Shown: positions 15,001 through 28,495, counted from the stretch's first letter. The stretch: 64,000 nt of DNA from Eledone cirrhosa (GCA_964016885.1 OZ024743.1:308450001-308514000), one strand, 5' to 3'. Notes: generated by a model not told the origin, from the letters alone. Translations and numbers: made by a program.

Positions 15001-18000
15001 TCCTACACTGTAAATAACAGTGGTAACAGTTCTGAGAAGGACTGTATAGTTCAGCACTAGCTTCCTACACTGTAAATAACAGTGGTAACAGTTCTGAGAA
15101 GGACTATATAGTCCAGCACTAGCTTCCTACACTGTAAATAACAGTGGTAACAGTTCTGAGAAGGACTATATAGTCCAGCACTAGCTTCCTACACTGTAAA
15201 TAACAGTGGTAACAGTTCTGAGAAGGACTATATAGTCCAGCACTAGCTTCCTACACTGTAAATAACAGTGGTAACAGTTCTGAGAAGGACTATATAGTTC
15301 AGCACTAGCTTCCTACACTGTATATAACAGTGGTAACAGTTCTGAGAAGGACTATATAGTCCAGCACTAGCTTCCTACACTGTAAATAACAGTGGTAACA
15401 GTTCTGAGAAAGACTTCATAGTCCAGCACTAGCTTCCTACACTGTAAATAACAGTGGTAACAGTTCTGAGAAAGACTTCATAGTCCAGCACTAGCTTCCT
15501 ACACTGTAAATAACAGTGGTAACAGTTCTGAGAAAGACTATATAGTCCAGCACTAGCTTCCTACACTGTAAATAACAGTGGTAACAGTTCTGAGAAAGAC
15601 TTCATAGTCCAGCACTAGCTTCCTACACTGTAAATAACAGTGGTAACATTTCTGAGAAAGACTTTATAGTCCAGCACTAGCTTCCTACACTGTAAATAAC
15701 AGTGGTAACAGTTCTGAGAAGGACTATATAGTCCAGCACTAGCTTCCTACACTGTAAATAACAGTGGTAACAGTTCTGAGAAAGACTTTATAGTCCAGCA
15801 CTAGCTTCCTACACTGTAAATAACAATGGTAACAGTACTGATTAGGACTATATAGTCCAGCACTAGCTTCCTACACTGTGAATAACAGTGGTAACAGTTC
15901 TGAGAAGGACTATATAGTCCAGCACTAGCTTCCTACACTGTAAATAACAGTGGTAACAGTTCTGAGAAGGACTATATAGTCCAGCACTAGCTTCCTACAC
16001 TGTAAATAACAGTCGTAACAGTTCTGAGAAGGACTATATAGTCCAGCACTAGCTTCCTACACTGTGAATAACAGTGGTAACAGTTCTGAGAAAGACTTTA
16101 TAGTCCAGCACTAGCTTCCTACACTGTAAATAACAGTGGTAACAGTTCTGAGAAAGACTATATAGTCCAGCACTAGCTTCCTACACTGTAAATAACAGTG
16201 GTAACATTTCTGAGAAGGACTATATAGTCCAGCACTAGCTTCCTACACTGTGAATAACAGTGGTAACAGTACTGAGAAAGACTATATAGTCCAGCACTAG
16301 CTTCCTACACTGTAAATAACAGTGGTAACAGTTCTGAGAAAGACTTTATAGTCCAGCACTAGCTTCCTACACTGTAAATAACAGTGGTAACAGTTCTGAG
16401 AAAGACTATATAGTCCAGCACTAGCTTCCTACACTGTAAATAACAGTGGTAACAGTTCTGAGAAAGACTATATAGTCCAGCACTACCTTCCTACACTGTA
16501 ATTAACAGTGGTAACAGTTCTGAGAAAGACTATATAGTCCAGCACTAGCTTCCTACACTGTAAATAACAGTGGTAACAGTTCTGAGAAAGACTTTATAGT
16601 CCAGCACTAGCTTCCTACACTGTAAATAACAATGGTAACAGTACTGATTAGGACTATATAGTCCAGCACTAGCTTCCTACACTGTAAATAAAAGTGGTAA
16701 CAGTTCTGAGAAAGACTATATAGTCCAGCACTAGCTTCCTACACTGTGAATAACAGTGGTAACAGTTCTGAGAAGGACTATATAGTCCAGCACTAGCTTC
16801 CTACACTGTAAATAACAGTGGTAACAGTTCTGAGAAGGACTATATAGTCCAGCACTAGCTTCCTACACTGTAAATAACAGTGGTAACAGTTCTGAGAAGG
16901 ACTATATAGTCCAGCACTAGCTTCCTACACTGTAAATAACAGTGGTAACAGTTCTGAGAAGGACTATATAGTCCAGCACTAGCTTCCTACACTGTAAATA
17001 ACAGTGGTAACAGTTCTGAGAAAGACTTCATAGTCCAGCACTAGCTTCCTACACTGTAAATAACAGTGGTAACAGTTCTGAGAAAGACTTTATAGTCCAG
17101 CACTAGCTTCCTACACTGTGAATAATAGTGGTAACAGTTCTGAGAAAGACTATATAGTCCAGCACTAGCTTCCTACACTGTAAATAACAGTGGTAACAGT
17201 TCTGAGAAAGACTTCATAGTCCAGCACTAGCTTCCTATACTGTAAATAACAGTGGTAACATTTCTGAGAAGGACTATATAGTCCAGCACTAGCTTCCTAC
17301 ACTGTAAATAACAGTAGTAACAGTTCTGAGAAGGACTATATAGTCCAGCACTAGCTTCCTACACTGTCAATAACAGTGGTAACAGTTCTGAGAAGGACTA
17401 TATAGTCCAGCACTAGCTTCCTACACTGTCAATAACAGTGGTAACAGTTCTGAGAAAGACTATATAGTCCAGCACTAGCTTCCTACACTGTAAGTAACAG
17501 TGGTAACAGTTCTGAGAAGGACTATATAGTCCATCACTAGCTTCCTACACTGTAAATAACAGTGGTAACAGTTCTGAGAAAGACTTCATAGTCCAGCACT
17601 AGCTTCCTACACTGTAAATAACAGTGGTAACAGTTCTGAGAAAGACTTCATAGTCCAGCACTAGCTTCCTACACTGTAAATAACAGTGGTAACATTTCTG
17701 AGAAAGACTTCATAGTCCAGCACTAGCTTCCTACACTGTAAATAACAGTGGTAACAGTTCTGAGAAAGACTATATAGTCCAGCACTAGCTTCCTACACTG
17801 TAAATAACAGTGGTAACAGTTCTGAGAAAGACTTTATAGTCCAGCACTAGCTTCCTACACTGTAAATAACAGTGGTAACAGTTCTGAGAAAGACTATATA
17901 GTCCAGCACTAGCTTCCTACACTGTAAATAACAGTGGTAACAGTTCTGAGAAGGACTATATAGTCCAGCACTAGCTTCCTACACTGTAAATAAAAGTGGT

Positions 18001-19048
18001 AACAGTTCTGAGAAAGACTATATAGTCCAGCACTAGCTTCCTACACTGTGAATAACAGTGGTAACAGTTCTGAGAAGGACTATATAGTCCAGCACTAGCT
18101 TCCTACACTGTAAATAACAGTGGTAACATTTCTGAGAAGGACTATATAGTCCAGCACTAGCTTCCTACACTGTAAATAACAGTGGTAACAGTTCTGAGAA
18201 GGACTATATAGTCCAGCACTAGCTTCCTACACTGTAAATAACAGTGGTAACATTTCTGAGAAGGACTATATAGTCCAGCACTAGCTTCCTACACTGTAAA
18301 TAACAGTGGTAACAGTTCTGAGAAGGACTATATAGTCCAGCACTAGCTTCCTACACTGTAAATAACAGTGGTAACAGTTCTGAGAAAGACTTTATAGTCC
18401 AGCACTAGCTTCCTACACTGTAAATAACAGTGGTAACAGTTCTGAGAAGGACTATATAGTCCAGCACTAGCTTCCTACACTGTAAATAACAGTGGTAACA
18501 GTTCTGAGAAAGACTTTATAGTCCAGCACTAGCTTCCTACACTGTAAATAACAGTGGTAACAGTTCTGAGAAGGACTATATAGTCCAGCACTAGCTTCCT
18601 ACACTGTAAATAACAGTGGTAACAGTTCTGAGAAAGACTTTATAGTCCAGCACTAGCTTCCTACACTGTAAATAACAGTGGTAACAGTTCTGAGAAGGAC
18701 TATATAGTCCAGCACTAGCTTCCTAAACTGTAAATAACAGTGGTAACAGTTCTGAGAAGGATTATATAGTCCAGCACTAGCTTCCTACACTGTAAATAAC
18801 AGTGGTAACAGTTCTGAGAAAGATTTTATAGTCCAGCACTAGCTTCCTACACTGTAAATAACAGTGGTAACAGTTCTGAGAAAGATTTTATAGTCCAGCA
18901 CTAGCTTCCTACACTGTAAATAACAGTGGTAACAGTTCTGAGAAAGATTTTATAGTCCAGCACTAGCTTCCTACACTGTAAATAACAGTGGTAACAGTTC
19001 TGAGAAAGACTTTATAGTCCAGCACTAGCTTCCTACACTATAAATAAC
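1..19048. repeat. 62-bp tandem satellite array (~307 monomers), runs off the left edge
   Basis: Consensus TCCTACACTGTAAATAACAGTGGTAACAGTTCTGAGAAAGACTATATAGTCCAGCACTAGCT repeats head-to-tail with a 62-bp period and only point variants; it ends at ...TAAATAACTC near 19048. Confidence 0.99.
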
Positions 19049-19139
19049 TCAAAATTCTTCCTTAATTAATTATATAGAGTGTATTTCATTATAAATGCCG
19101 TTATGAAAGGATTAAAGACTATAAAAATCCAATGTATAC

Positions 19140-19705
19140 TTTTAAATGATGGTAATGAGGACTCTTTAGTCAGTTGTCGACATGACAATTTCTCTAGTAT
19201 TGGTGCTATGATAAAAAGCACCCAATACACTCTATAAAGTGGTTGATGTGAGGAGCTATGACAAAAATTGGAATGTATGAAAAAGATATGATTCACCAAC
19301 GCACCTAGAAGTGCAATGACTCTGAATAAGAATTACTTCAGACCATGACAATCCATCAAACCTATACTACTATGGAGAATGGACATGATGGTGATACTGC
19401 TGTGGTTGAAACAGACTTCCCTTTTATTTTGCTACTGGTTTCAGTACTTGCATGACACATTGAATTTCTTCTAATATAGTCCTAGGCTGACCAGGTGAGT
19501 GAATTTGGTAGATGAGAACTTCAGAAGCCCATTGTGTGTGTGTATGTGTGTCCTGTAACTTAGCAATTCAACAAAAAAAGATATCAATAAAATAAGTGCC
19601 ATACTTGAAAAGAATTAAGTAGTAGGGTCCATATGATTAACTAATTCCCTTGAAAATGGTGCCACATCATGGCACCTGTCTGATGACTGAAACCAGTAAA
19701 AGTAT
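19140..19705 (+). mobile_element. Old, degraded SINE-like fragments
   Basis: Motifs AAAAGCACCCAATACACTCTATAAAGTGGTTG and GGTGCCACATCATGG...GACTGAAACCAGTAAAAG resemble the SINE bodies and tails elsewhere in the window (20570-20800, 53920-54145). Confidence 0.5.
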
Positions 19706-19870
19706 CTATCATCATATGTTCAGTCATTTTTCAGAAATGTAATTGCAATAATATCAAACAGGAAAGTAACCACAAAATAATTCTAAATTCAGTTTCTTCC
19801 ATCTGATGTAGACAAATACAAAAATATTAATGAAAAAACGTTATCTCTGATCAAGACGAAGTGAGTGTAT

Positions 19871-20116
19871 TTGAATACGTATAAAAATGAGAAAACTCAT
19901 CACTAGAACAGCCATTAAAACAGCTAAATGCTATCAAAGACAGCGATGGGCAAAAATGCCTCAAAAGACAGAGACCAGTGGTCAACACTCTCTGTTGGCC
20001 ACTGGGCATTGGTCTATATCCTCTGAGGCATTTTTGCTCATCTCTGTCTTTGACAGCATTCAGCTGTTTTAACGGCTGTTCTAGCAATGAGTTTTCTCAT
20101 TTTTATATGTATGCAA
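19871..20116. mobile_element. ~245-bp near-perfect palindrome (fold-back/MITE-like)
   Basis: Left arm ATAAAAATGAGAAAACTCATCACTAGAACAGCC...AAAAATGCCTCA is the reverse complement of right arm TGAGGCATTTTTG...GGCTGTTCTAGCAATGAGTTTTCTCATTTTTAT; there is a nested central hairpin AGTGGTCAACA/TGTTGGCCACT. Confidence 0.8.
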
Positions 20117-20564
20117 AAATATTAGTAATACTTCTAACACAATGTGATTCAAACTAAAGTTTTTATGTCATCTTTTCCATGCTGGTATGGGTTAGATGTG
20201 ACTTTTTAAGGTAATGTTTTACAGCTAGATGGCCTTCCTGACATTAACTCTTTTAGTTGCTTCTTACAACACATAAGGATATGGTGTATCTATTTTCTAG
20301 ACTGGATAATAAACATATATTTAGTCTAAGTATTGTAACTTTTAATATCTTGCAATGATTTAATGGAAAATGTCTAACAACAGGTTTGTTAAAATGTTTA
20401 TAGTATCTTTATTAGTGGACAGATTGTTGTGAATATACAGAAGACATGCCTTCCCATGCGCACGGACTCAAACATACATCTTGTATACACCTCTTAATCA
20501 CTATACACCCTTCCATACACCTCCCATGTCCCAACACCCACCCACTCACTTCTGTCCACACAAT

Positions 20565-20800
20565 CCTTACTGTAAAGTTATGTTGGTATCACAACAAAGC
20601 ATCAGGCCCACACTGTAAAGTGGTCGTGTAGGTGCCATGACAAAGAGCACCCAGCCCACACTGTAAAGTGGTTGTGCAGATGTCACGACAAAAAGCAGCC
20701 AGCCCACATTGTAAAGTAGTTGTGTAGGAGTTACGACAAAAAGCACCCAGCACACACTGTAAATGTGGTTGGCATTAGGAAAGGCATCCAGCCGTAGAAA
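20565..20800 (+). repeat. Four to five tandem ~48-bp copies of a SINE internal segment followed by the SINE core motif
   Basis: Repeated CCCACACTGTAAAGTGGTYGTGTAG...ACAAARAGCACCCAG, then GGCATTAGGAAAGGCATCCAGCCGTAGAAA. Confidence 0.75.
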
Positions 20801-21244
20801 CCTTCCAGAAACAGTTCTATATGAGTAAGACAGTCCCCTGTCCCGACTTGCCAGCTATATCCGGCCAGAATTCTCTCACCTCTTTCTGTTCAAACTAGCT
20901 GTAACTGGCCCCTCATACTGACAAAATAAATAACATCAAAATAAATAACATCAAAATCTCATGCATTCGATATTATATAAGATTAAGTCTTCACCGTGAA
21001 AATACAACACTAAATATAGAGTAATGTAAATGGTAAAGGATTAAAAATGTCTTGCTTCATTCAGTACACAATATCAATAGTTAAGCCACGAACATATCGC
21101 AATTAACTCAGTATCTGTGCAAGACCATTGTGTACATGTATTTCGGAATTTATTAATCCATTAGCAGACACTAGGGGAGGCTGAGGTAAAAGGTAATGTT
21201 TTCTATAGATTTTGTAAACAAACTATTTTTGTGTAGGAGACACA

Positions 21245-21385
21245 AGGTAGACCCCCCGAGCAAGATGGTTGGATAACATCCATGAGCTTGGCTGGTCTCA
21301 CTTGGGGATCCAGTCGGATCAGTTGGAGACGGTTGCTTCTCACGACCCTTTCAGGAATAAGTGGGCGAAAAAGAAGAATGTATGA
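21245..21385 (+). mobile_element. Possible RTE-clade LINE 3' remnant
   Basis: Frameshifted translation GRP..ARWLDNIHEL..RISWRRL resembles the RTE ORF C-terminus; (GAA) tail. Confidence 0.4.
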
Positions 21386-21623
21386 AGCGGGTGGGGAACA
21401 AATATTATAAAACGTTCTCAGCCAACGATGCTGTCTATCGATCCCCATCGATCTATAAATGTATTTATCTATTTCTCTATCTGTATCTATCTATCTGTAT
21501 ATACATTTGCTAGCTGGGAAAACGGACGTTAAATATATTGTTACAATTTGGTGAAGAAACTGAATATTACTTATTCTGTCTATTCGTTACTAAAACAATG
21601 GATTATATGCTAGCTACGAGTAA

Positions 21624-22193
21624 TCTATATATATAAAACTGTGGTTGTCTGTCTGTCTATCGATTTTTGGCACACATCTCCTCTTAGAATCTCTCACGGA
21701 ATTGCACCGAAATTGCTATACTTGTACATTGAGCCCTAGCGAAGACATCGGAAAAAAAATATTTCAAATTGACCCACCCTATGTGACGAAATCGAATATA
21801 ATGTATCGATTTTTGAGCGTAAGTTATCAGTTATTTCCCTTTGTTCTGTTTACATTGAGCGTCTTACGTAAAAAATTACGCTGGCTTTCTCAGCGTTTAA
21901 AATGACATTAACACAATACGCGAACAGTTGTCGAGCCAGCAAAATATTGACCTGCAAAATTCATCAGTTCGAACACTAAGCTTCCGTTTTGCTTCATTTC
22001 CATTTAAAAGCATTTTAAAACAATATTTTTACTTGAAAACAAGTCTATTTAAAGACTACGTAAAACAAGCAAATATTTCGTCGTTAGGCGTGCACAGTAG
22101 ACACTACAGTTTTTAAGCCAAGAAAGAAACTTAACATTGTAACTTTAACACAGTTACTGAGCGACCCCGAGCAACGCCGGGCTTTACTGCTAG
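21624..22193 (+). mobile_element. Non-autonomous Helitron (570 bp)
   Basis: Starts A|TCTATATATATAAAA; ends with GC-rich hairpin CCCGAGCAACGCCGGG then CTAG|T; AT target, no TSD, as expected for Helitron termini. Confidence 0.85.
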
Positions 22194-22202
22194 TAATGAT
22201 AA

Positions 22203-22385
22203 TAATTGTTTCTACTTTAGGCACAAGGCCAGCAATTACCCAGTGCATTACTGGTACTTTATTTTATCGACCCCGTAAGGATGAAAGGCAAAGTCAACCT
22301 CGGCGGGATTTGAGCTCAGATCGTAAAGGGACGTAACTATGCTGGAAAGCATGACGTCCGACCCTCTACCGATACTGCCAATCCA
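22203..22385 (-). mobile_element. tRNA-derived SINE (Nin/Deu-like central domain), near full length
   Basis: Minus strand: A-box-like TGGCAGTATCGG, B-box-like GAGCTCAAATCCC, central GCCTTTCATCCTTACGGGGTCGATAAAATAAAGTACCAG, 3' end GTAGAAACAATT; the family recurs at least 6 more times in the window. Confidence 0.85.
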
Positions 22386-22728
22386 CAAAAGGAAAATACA
22401 CATCTGGTTATTAAAGATTTATGCGATAACGTTGTTGATATATAACAATCTCTCGCTCTTTTGTTAGATATGTTCTCTCTTTCACATATACATTCTCTCC
22501 CTCTCTCTCTATATATATGAAGTGGTGGTGGTGAATTAAACATACACACTCTCTTTCACATACACGTACTCTCTCGATATGAAGTGATGGTGATGAATTA
22601 AACTGTACTCCACTCTGTCTCTCTCTATATATGAAATCGTGGTGGTGAATTAAACAGATCCATAAATAATCTTTTTTACATTTTCCCTATTACACTAGCG
22701 GGAATACAGGGGCGGGTGGCGAAGGAAC

Positions 22729-25700
22729 AGTGCACGGTTTAGTAGGGGTGTACGAAGGAGGAAGAAAGTACACTGTTTAGTAGGGGTGTATGAAGGAGGA
22801 AGAAAGTACACGGTTTAGTAGTGGTGTACGAAGGAGGAAGAAAGTACACGGTTTAGTAGGGGTGTATGAAGGAGGAAGAAAGTACACGGTTTAGTAGGGG
22901 TGTATGAAGGAGGAAGGAAGTACACGGTTTAGTAGGGGTGTATGAAGGAGGAAGAAAGTACACGGTTTAGTAGGTGTGTATGAAGGAGGAAGAAAGTACA
23001 CGGTTTAGTAGGGGTGTATGAAGGAGGAAGAAAGTACACGGTTTAGTAGGGGTGTATGGAGGAGGAAGAAAGTACACGGTTTACTAGTAGTGTATGAAGG
23101 AGGAAGAAAGTACACGGTTTAGTAGGGGTGTATGGAGGAGGAAGAAAGTACGCGGTTTAGTAGTGGTGTATGAAGGAGGAAGAAAGTACACGGTTTAGTA
23201 GGGGTGTATGGAGGAGGAAGAAAGTACACGGTTTACTAGTGGTGTATGAAGGAGGAAGAAAGTACACGGTTTAGTAGTGGTGTATGAAGGAGGAAGAAAG
23301 TACACTGTTTAGTAGGTGTGTATGAAGGAGGAAGAAAGTACACGGTTGTTTAGTAGAGGTGTATGAAGGAGGAAGAAAGTACACTGTTTACTAGTGGTGT
23401 ATGAAGGAGGAAGAAAGTACACGGTTTAGTAGGGGTGTATGGAGGAGGAAGAAAGTACACGGTTTAGTAGGGGTGTATGAAGGAGGAAGAAAGTACACTG
23501 TTTACTAGTGGGGTATGAAGGAGGAAGAAAGTACACTGTTTACTAGTGGGGTATGAAGGAGGAAGAAAGTACACTGTTTACTAGTGGTGTATGAAGGAGG
23601 AAGAAAGTACACGGTTTAGTAGGGGTGTATGAAGGAGGAAGAAAGTACACGGTTTAGTAGGGGTGTATGAAGGAGGAAGAAAGTACACTGTTTACTAGTG
23701 GTGTATGAAGGAGGAAGAAAGTACACGGTTTACTAGTGGTGTATGAAGGAGGAAGAAAGTACACGGTTTAGTAGGGGTGTATGAAGGAGGAAGAAAGTAC
23801 ACGGTTTAGTAGGGGTGTATGAAGGAGGAAGAAAGTACACTGTTTACTAGTGGTGTATGAAGGAGGAAGAAAGTACACGGTTTAGTAGGGGTGTATGAAG
23901 GAGGAAGAAAGTACACGGTTTACTAGTGGTGTATGAAGGAGGAAGAAAGTACACGGTTTACTAGTGGTGTATGAAGGAGGAAGAAAGTACACGGTTTAGT
24001 AGTGGTGTATGAAGGAGGAAGAAAGTACACGGTTGTTTAGTAGAGGTGTATGAAGGAGGAAGAAAGTACACTGTTTACTAGTGGTGTATGAAGGAGGAAG
24101 AAAGTACACGGTTTAGTAGGGGTGTATGGAGGAGGAAGAAAGTACACGGTTTAGTAGGGGTGTATGAAGGAGGAAGAAAGTACACTGTTTACTAGTGGGG
24201 TATGAAGGAGGAAGAAAGTACACTGTTTACTAGTGGTGTATGAAGGAGGAAGAAAGTACACGGTTTAGTAGGGGTGTATGAAGGAGGAAGAAAGTACACG
24301 GTTTAGTAGGGGTGTATGAAGGAGGAAGAAAGTACACTGTTTACTAGTGGTGTATGAAGGAGGAAGAAAGTACACGGTTTACTAGTGGTGTATGAAGGAG
24401 GAAGAAAGTACACGGTTTAGTAGGGGTGTATGAAGGAGGAAGAAAGTACACGGTTTAGTAGGGGTGTATGAAGGAGGAAGAAAGTACACTGTTTACTAGT
24501 GGTGTATGAAGGAGGAAGAAAGTACACGGTTTAGTAGGGGTGTATGAAGGAGGAAGAAAGTACACGGTTTACTAGTGGTGTATGAAGGAGGAAGAAAGTA
24601 CACGGTTTACTAGTGGTGTATGAAGGAGGAAGAAAGTACACGGTTTAGTAGTGGTGTATGAAGGAGGAAGAAAGTACACGGTTTACTAGTGGTGTATGAA
24701 GGAGGAAGAAAGTACACGGTTTACTAGTGGTGTATGAAGGAGGAAGAAAGTACACGGTTTAGTAGTGGTGTATGAAGGAGGAAGAAAGTACACGGTTTAG
24801 TAGTGGTGTATGAAGGAGGAAGAAAGTACACGGTTTACTAGTGGTGTATGAAGGAGGAAGAAAGTACACGGTTTACTAGTGGTGTATGAAGGAGGAAGAA
24901 AGTACACTGTTTACTAGTGGTGTATGAAGGAGGAAGAAAGTACACGGTTTAGTAGGGGTGTATGAAGGAGGAAGAAAGTACACGGTTTAGTAGGGGTGTA
25001 TGAAGGAGGAAGAAAGTACACTGTTTACTAGTGGTGTATGAAGGAGGAAGAAAGTACACGGTTTAGTAGGGGTGTATGAAGGAGGAAGAAAGTACACGGT
25101 TTAGTAGTGGTGTATGAAGGAGGAAGAAAGTACACGGTTTACTAGTGGTGTATGAAGGAGGAAGAAAGTACACTGTTTACTAGTGGTGTATGAAGGAGGA
25201 AGAAAGTACACGGTTTAGTAGGGGTGTATGAAGGAGGAAGAAAGTACACTGTTTAGTAGGTGTGTATGAAGGAGGAAGAAAGTACACTGTTTACTAGTGG
25301 TGTATGAAGGAGGAAGAAAGTACACGGTTTAGTAGGGGTGTATGAAGGAGGAAGAAAGTACACGGTTTAGTAGGGGTGTATGGAGGAGGAAGAAAGTACA
25401 CGGTTTAGTAGGGGTGTATGAAGGAGGAAGAAAGTACACTGTTTACTAGTGGTGTATGAAGGAGGAAGAAAGTACACTGTTTACTAGTGGTTTATGAAGG
25501 AGGAAGAAAGTACACGGTTTAGTAGGGGTGTATGAAGGAGGAAGAAAGTACACGGTTTAGTAGGGGTGTATGAAGGAGGAAGAAAGTACACTGTTTATTA
25601 GTGGTGTATGAAGGAGGAAGAAAGTACACGGTTTAGTAGGGGTGTATGAAGGAGGAAGAAAGTACACGGTTTACTAGTGGTGTATGAAGGAGGAAGAAAG

Positions 25701-27897
25701 TACACGGTTTAGTAGGGGTGTATGGAGGAGGAAGAAAGTACACGGTTTAGTAGGGGTGTATGAAGGAGGAAGGAAGTACACGGTTTAGTAGTGGTGTATG
25801 AAGGAGAAAGAAAGTACACGGTTTACTAGTGGTGTATGAAGGAGGAAGAAAGTACACTGTTTACTAGTGGTGTATGAAGGAGGAAGAAAGTACACGGTTT
25901 AGTAGGGTGTATGAAGGAGGAAGAAAGTACACGGTTTAGTACTGGTGTATGAAGGAGGAAGAAAGTACACGGTTTAGTAGGGGTGTATGAAGGAGGAAGA
26001 AAGTATACGGTTTAGTAGTGGTGTATGAAGGAGGAAGAAAGTACACGGTTTAGTAGGGGTGTATGAAGGAGGAAGAAAGTACACGGTTTAGTAGTGGTGT
26101 ATGAAGGAGGAAGTACACGGTTTACTAGTGGTGTATGAAGGAGGAAGAAAGTACACGGTTTACTAGTGGTGTATGAAGGAGGAAGAAAGTACACGGTTTA
26201 CTAGTGGTGTATGAAGGAGGAAGAAAGTACACGGTTTAGTAGGGGTGTATGAAGGAGGAAGAAAGTACACTGTTTAGTAGGTGTGTATGAAGGAGGAAGA
26301 AAGTACACTGTTTACTAGTGGTGTATGAAGGAGGAAGAAAGTACACGGTTTAGTAGGGGTGTATGAAGGAGGAAGAAAGTACACGGTTTAGTAGGGGTGT
26401 ATGAAGGAGGAAGAAAGTACACGGTTTACTAGTGGTGTATGAAGGAGGAAGAAAGTACACGGTTTAGTAGTGGTGTATGAAGGAGGAAGAAAGTACACGG
26501 TTTACTAGTGGTGTATGAAGGAGGAAGAAAGTATACGGTTTAGTAGTGGTGTATGAAGGAGGAAGAAAGTACACGGTTTAGTAGTGGTGTATGAAGGAGG
26601 AAGAAAGTACACGGTTTAGTAGTGGTGTATGAAGGAGGAAGAAAGTACACGGTTTACTAGTGGTGTATGAAGGAGGAAGAAAGTACACGGTTTAGTAGGG
26701 GTGTATGAAGGAGGAAGAAAGTACATGGTTTAGTAGGGGTGTATGAAGGAGGAAGAAAGTACACGGTTTACTAGTGGTGTATGAAGGAGGAAGAAAGTAC
26801 ACGGTTTACTAGTGGTGTATGAAGGAGGAAGAAAGTACACGGTTTAGTAGGGGTGTATGAAGGAGGAAGAAAGTACACTGTTTACTAGTGGTGTATGAAG
26901 GAGGAAGAAAGTACACGGTTTAGTAGGGGTGTATGAAGGAGGAAGAAAGTACACGGTTTAGTAGGGGTGTATGAAGGAGGAAGAAAGTACACGGTTTAGT
27001 AGTGGTGTATGAAGGAGGAAGAAAGTACACGTTTACTAGTGGTGTATGAAGGAGGAAGAAAGTACACGGTTTAGTAGTGGTGTATGAAGGAGGAAGAAAG
27101 TACACGGTTTACTAGTGGTGTATGAAGGAGGAAGAAAGTACACGGTTTACTAGTGGTGTATGAAGGAGGAAGAAAGTACACTGTTTACTAGTGGTGTATG
27201 AAGGAGGAAGAAAGTACACGGTTTACTAGTGGTGTATGAAGGAGGAAGAAAGTACACGGTTTAGTAGTGGTGTATGAAGGAGGAAGAAAGTACACGGTTT
27301 ACTAGTGGTGTATGAAGGAGGAAGAAAGTATACGGTTTAGTAGTGGTGTATGAAGGAGGAAGAAAGTACACGGTTTAGTAGTGGTGTATGAAGGAGGAAG
27401 AAAGTACACGGTTTAGTAGTGGTGTATGAAGGAGGAAGAAAGTACACGGTTTACTAGTGGTGTATGAAGGGGGAAGAAAGTACACGGTTTACTAGTGGTG
27501 TATGAAGGAGGAAGAAAGTACACGGTTTAGTAGTGGTGTATGAAGGAGGAAGAAAGTACACGGTTTACTAGTGGTGTATGAAGGAGGAAGAAAGTACACG
27601 GTTTAGTAGTGGTGTATGAAGGAGGAAGAAAGTACACGGTTTAGTAGTGGTGTATGAAGGAGGAAGAAAGTACACGGTTTAGTAGTGGTGTATGAAGGAG
27701 GAAGAAAGTACACGGTTTAGTAGTGGTGTATGAAGGAGGAAGAAAGTACACGGTTTAGTAGTGGTGTATGAAGGAGGAAGAAAGTACACGGTTTAGTAGT
27801 GGTGTATGAAGGAGGAAGAAAGTACACGGTTTAGTAGTGGTGTATGAAGGAGGAAGGAAGTACACGGTTTAGTAGTGGTGTATGGTGGTGGAAGAAA
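22729..27897. repeat. 38-bp purine-rich minisatellite (~135 copies)
   Basis: Unit GTACACGGTTTAGTAGGGGTGTATGAAGGAGGAAGAAA; main variants TAGTAGGGG/TACTAGTGG/TAGTAGTGG and CGG/CTG; a rare +3 variant at 23341 and 24028 marks a 687-bp duplication. Confidence 0.98.
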
Positions 27898-28308
27898 CTG
27901 CAAGGTCTAATTGGGCTGTATAGAGGGGGGGGGGGCAATAAATACTGCAGTAGCAGAAAATATGAGTTGAGAGGAGAATAGAGAGGGGGGGAGCGTTAAT
28001 GGACGACTAAGTACATATCAAATCGATTACCAACTACTCGTAATACAAACTGATAGGTTCTTGTTGTGACTTATGTGTGAGAGAGAGGCCAGCCGTGATA
28101 TATATATATATTTTTCCTGAGTTCAGTCTTTTTCGTGGCTATAGTCACTGCGGCTCTTCTATCGGTCGCTGTCTTCATTTTGCGTATGTTATAACTCTAG
28201 GGTTATATACCCTATCGAGTGCTTAGCTGTACACCAAAACTGCATTCGTTAGCTTGGCTGCAACCATGGCTTCGTTGATGCTGTACTAAATTTTGTATAT
28301 ATATATAT

Positions 28309-28495
28309 AACGAAGGAAGTGTGGTAAGGAACCAGGTGGACCATAACGCACCAGAGTATTAGATACTATGGGTAGTAGAGTGGATAATAGGAAAGGAGTC
28401 AGGACCCCGACGGCTGAGCTCCCGCCGTTTCTCAGCTAGTTCTGAACTAGCTGTCGAAACGGCCGTAGCTCAGCCATCGGAGTTCTGACTCTTTT

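Noticed and set aside
1-27897. CRISPR-like appearance of the 62-bp and 38-bp arrays
   Set aside because: Units are head-to-tail with no unique spacers, there are no cas genes, and the context is eukaryotic.
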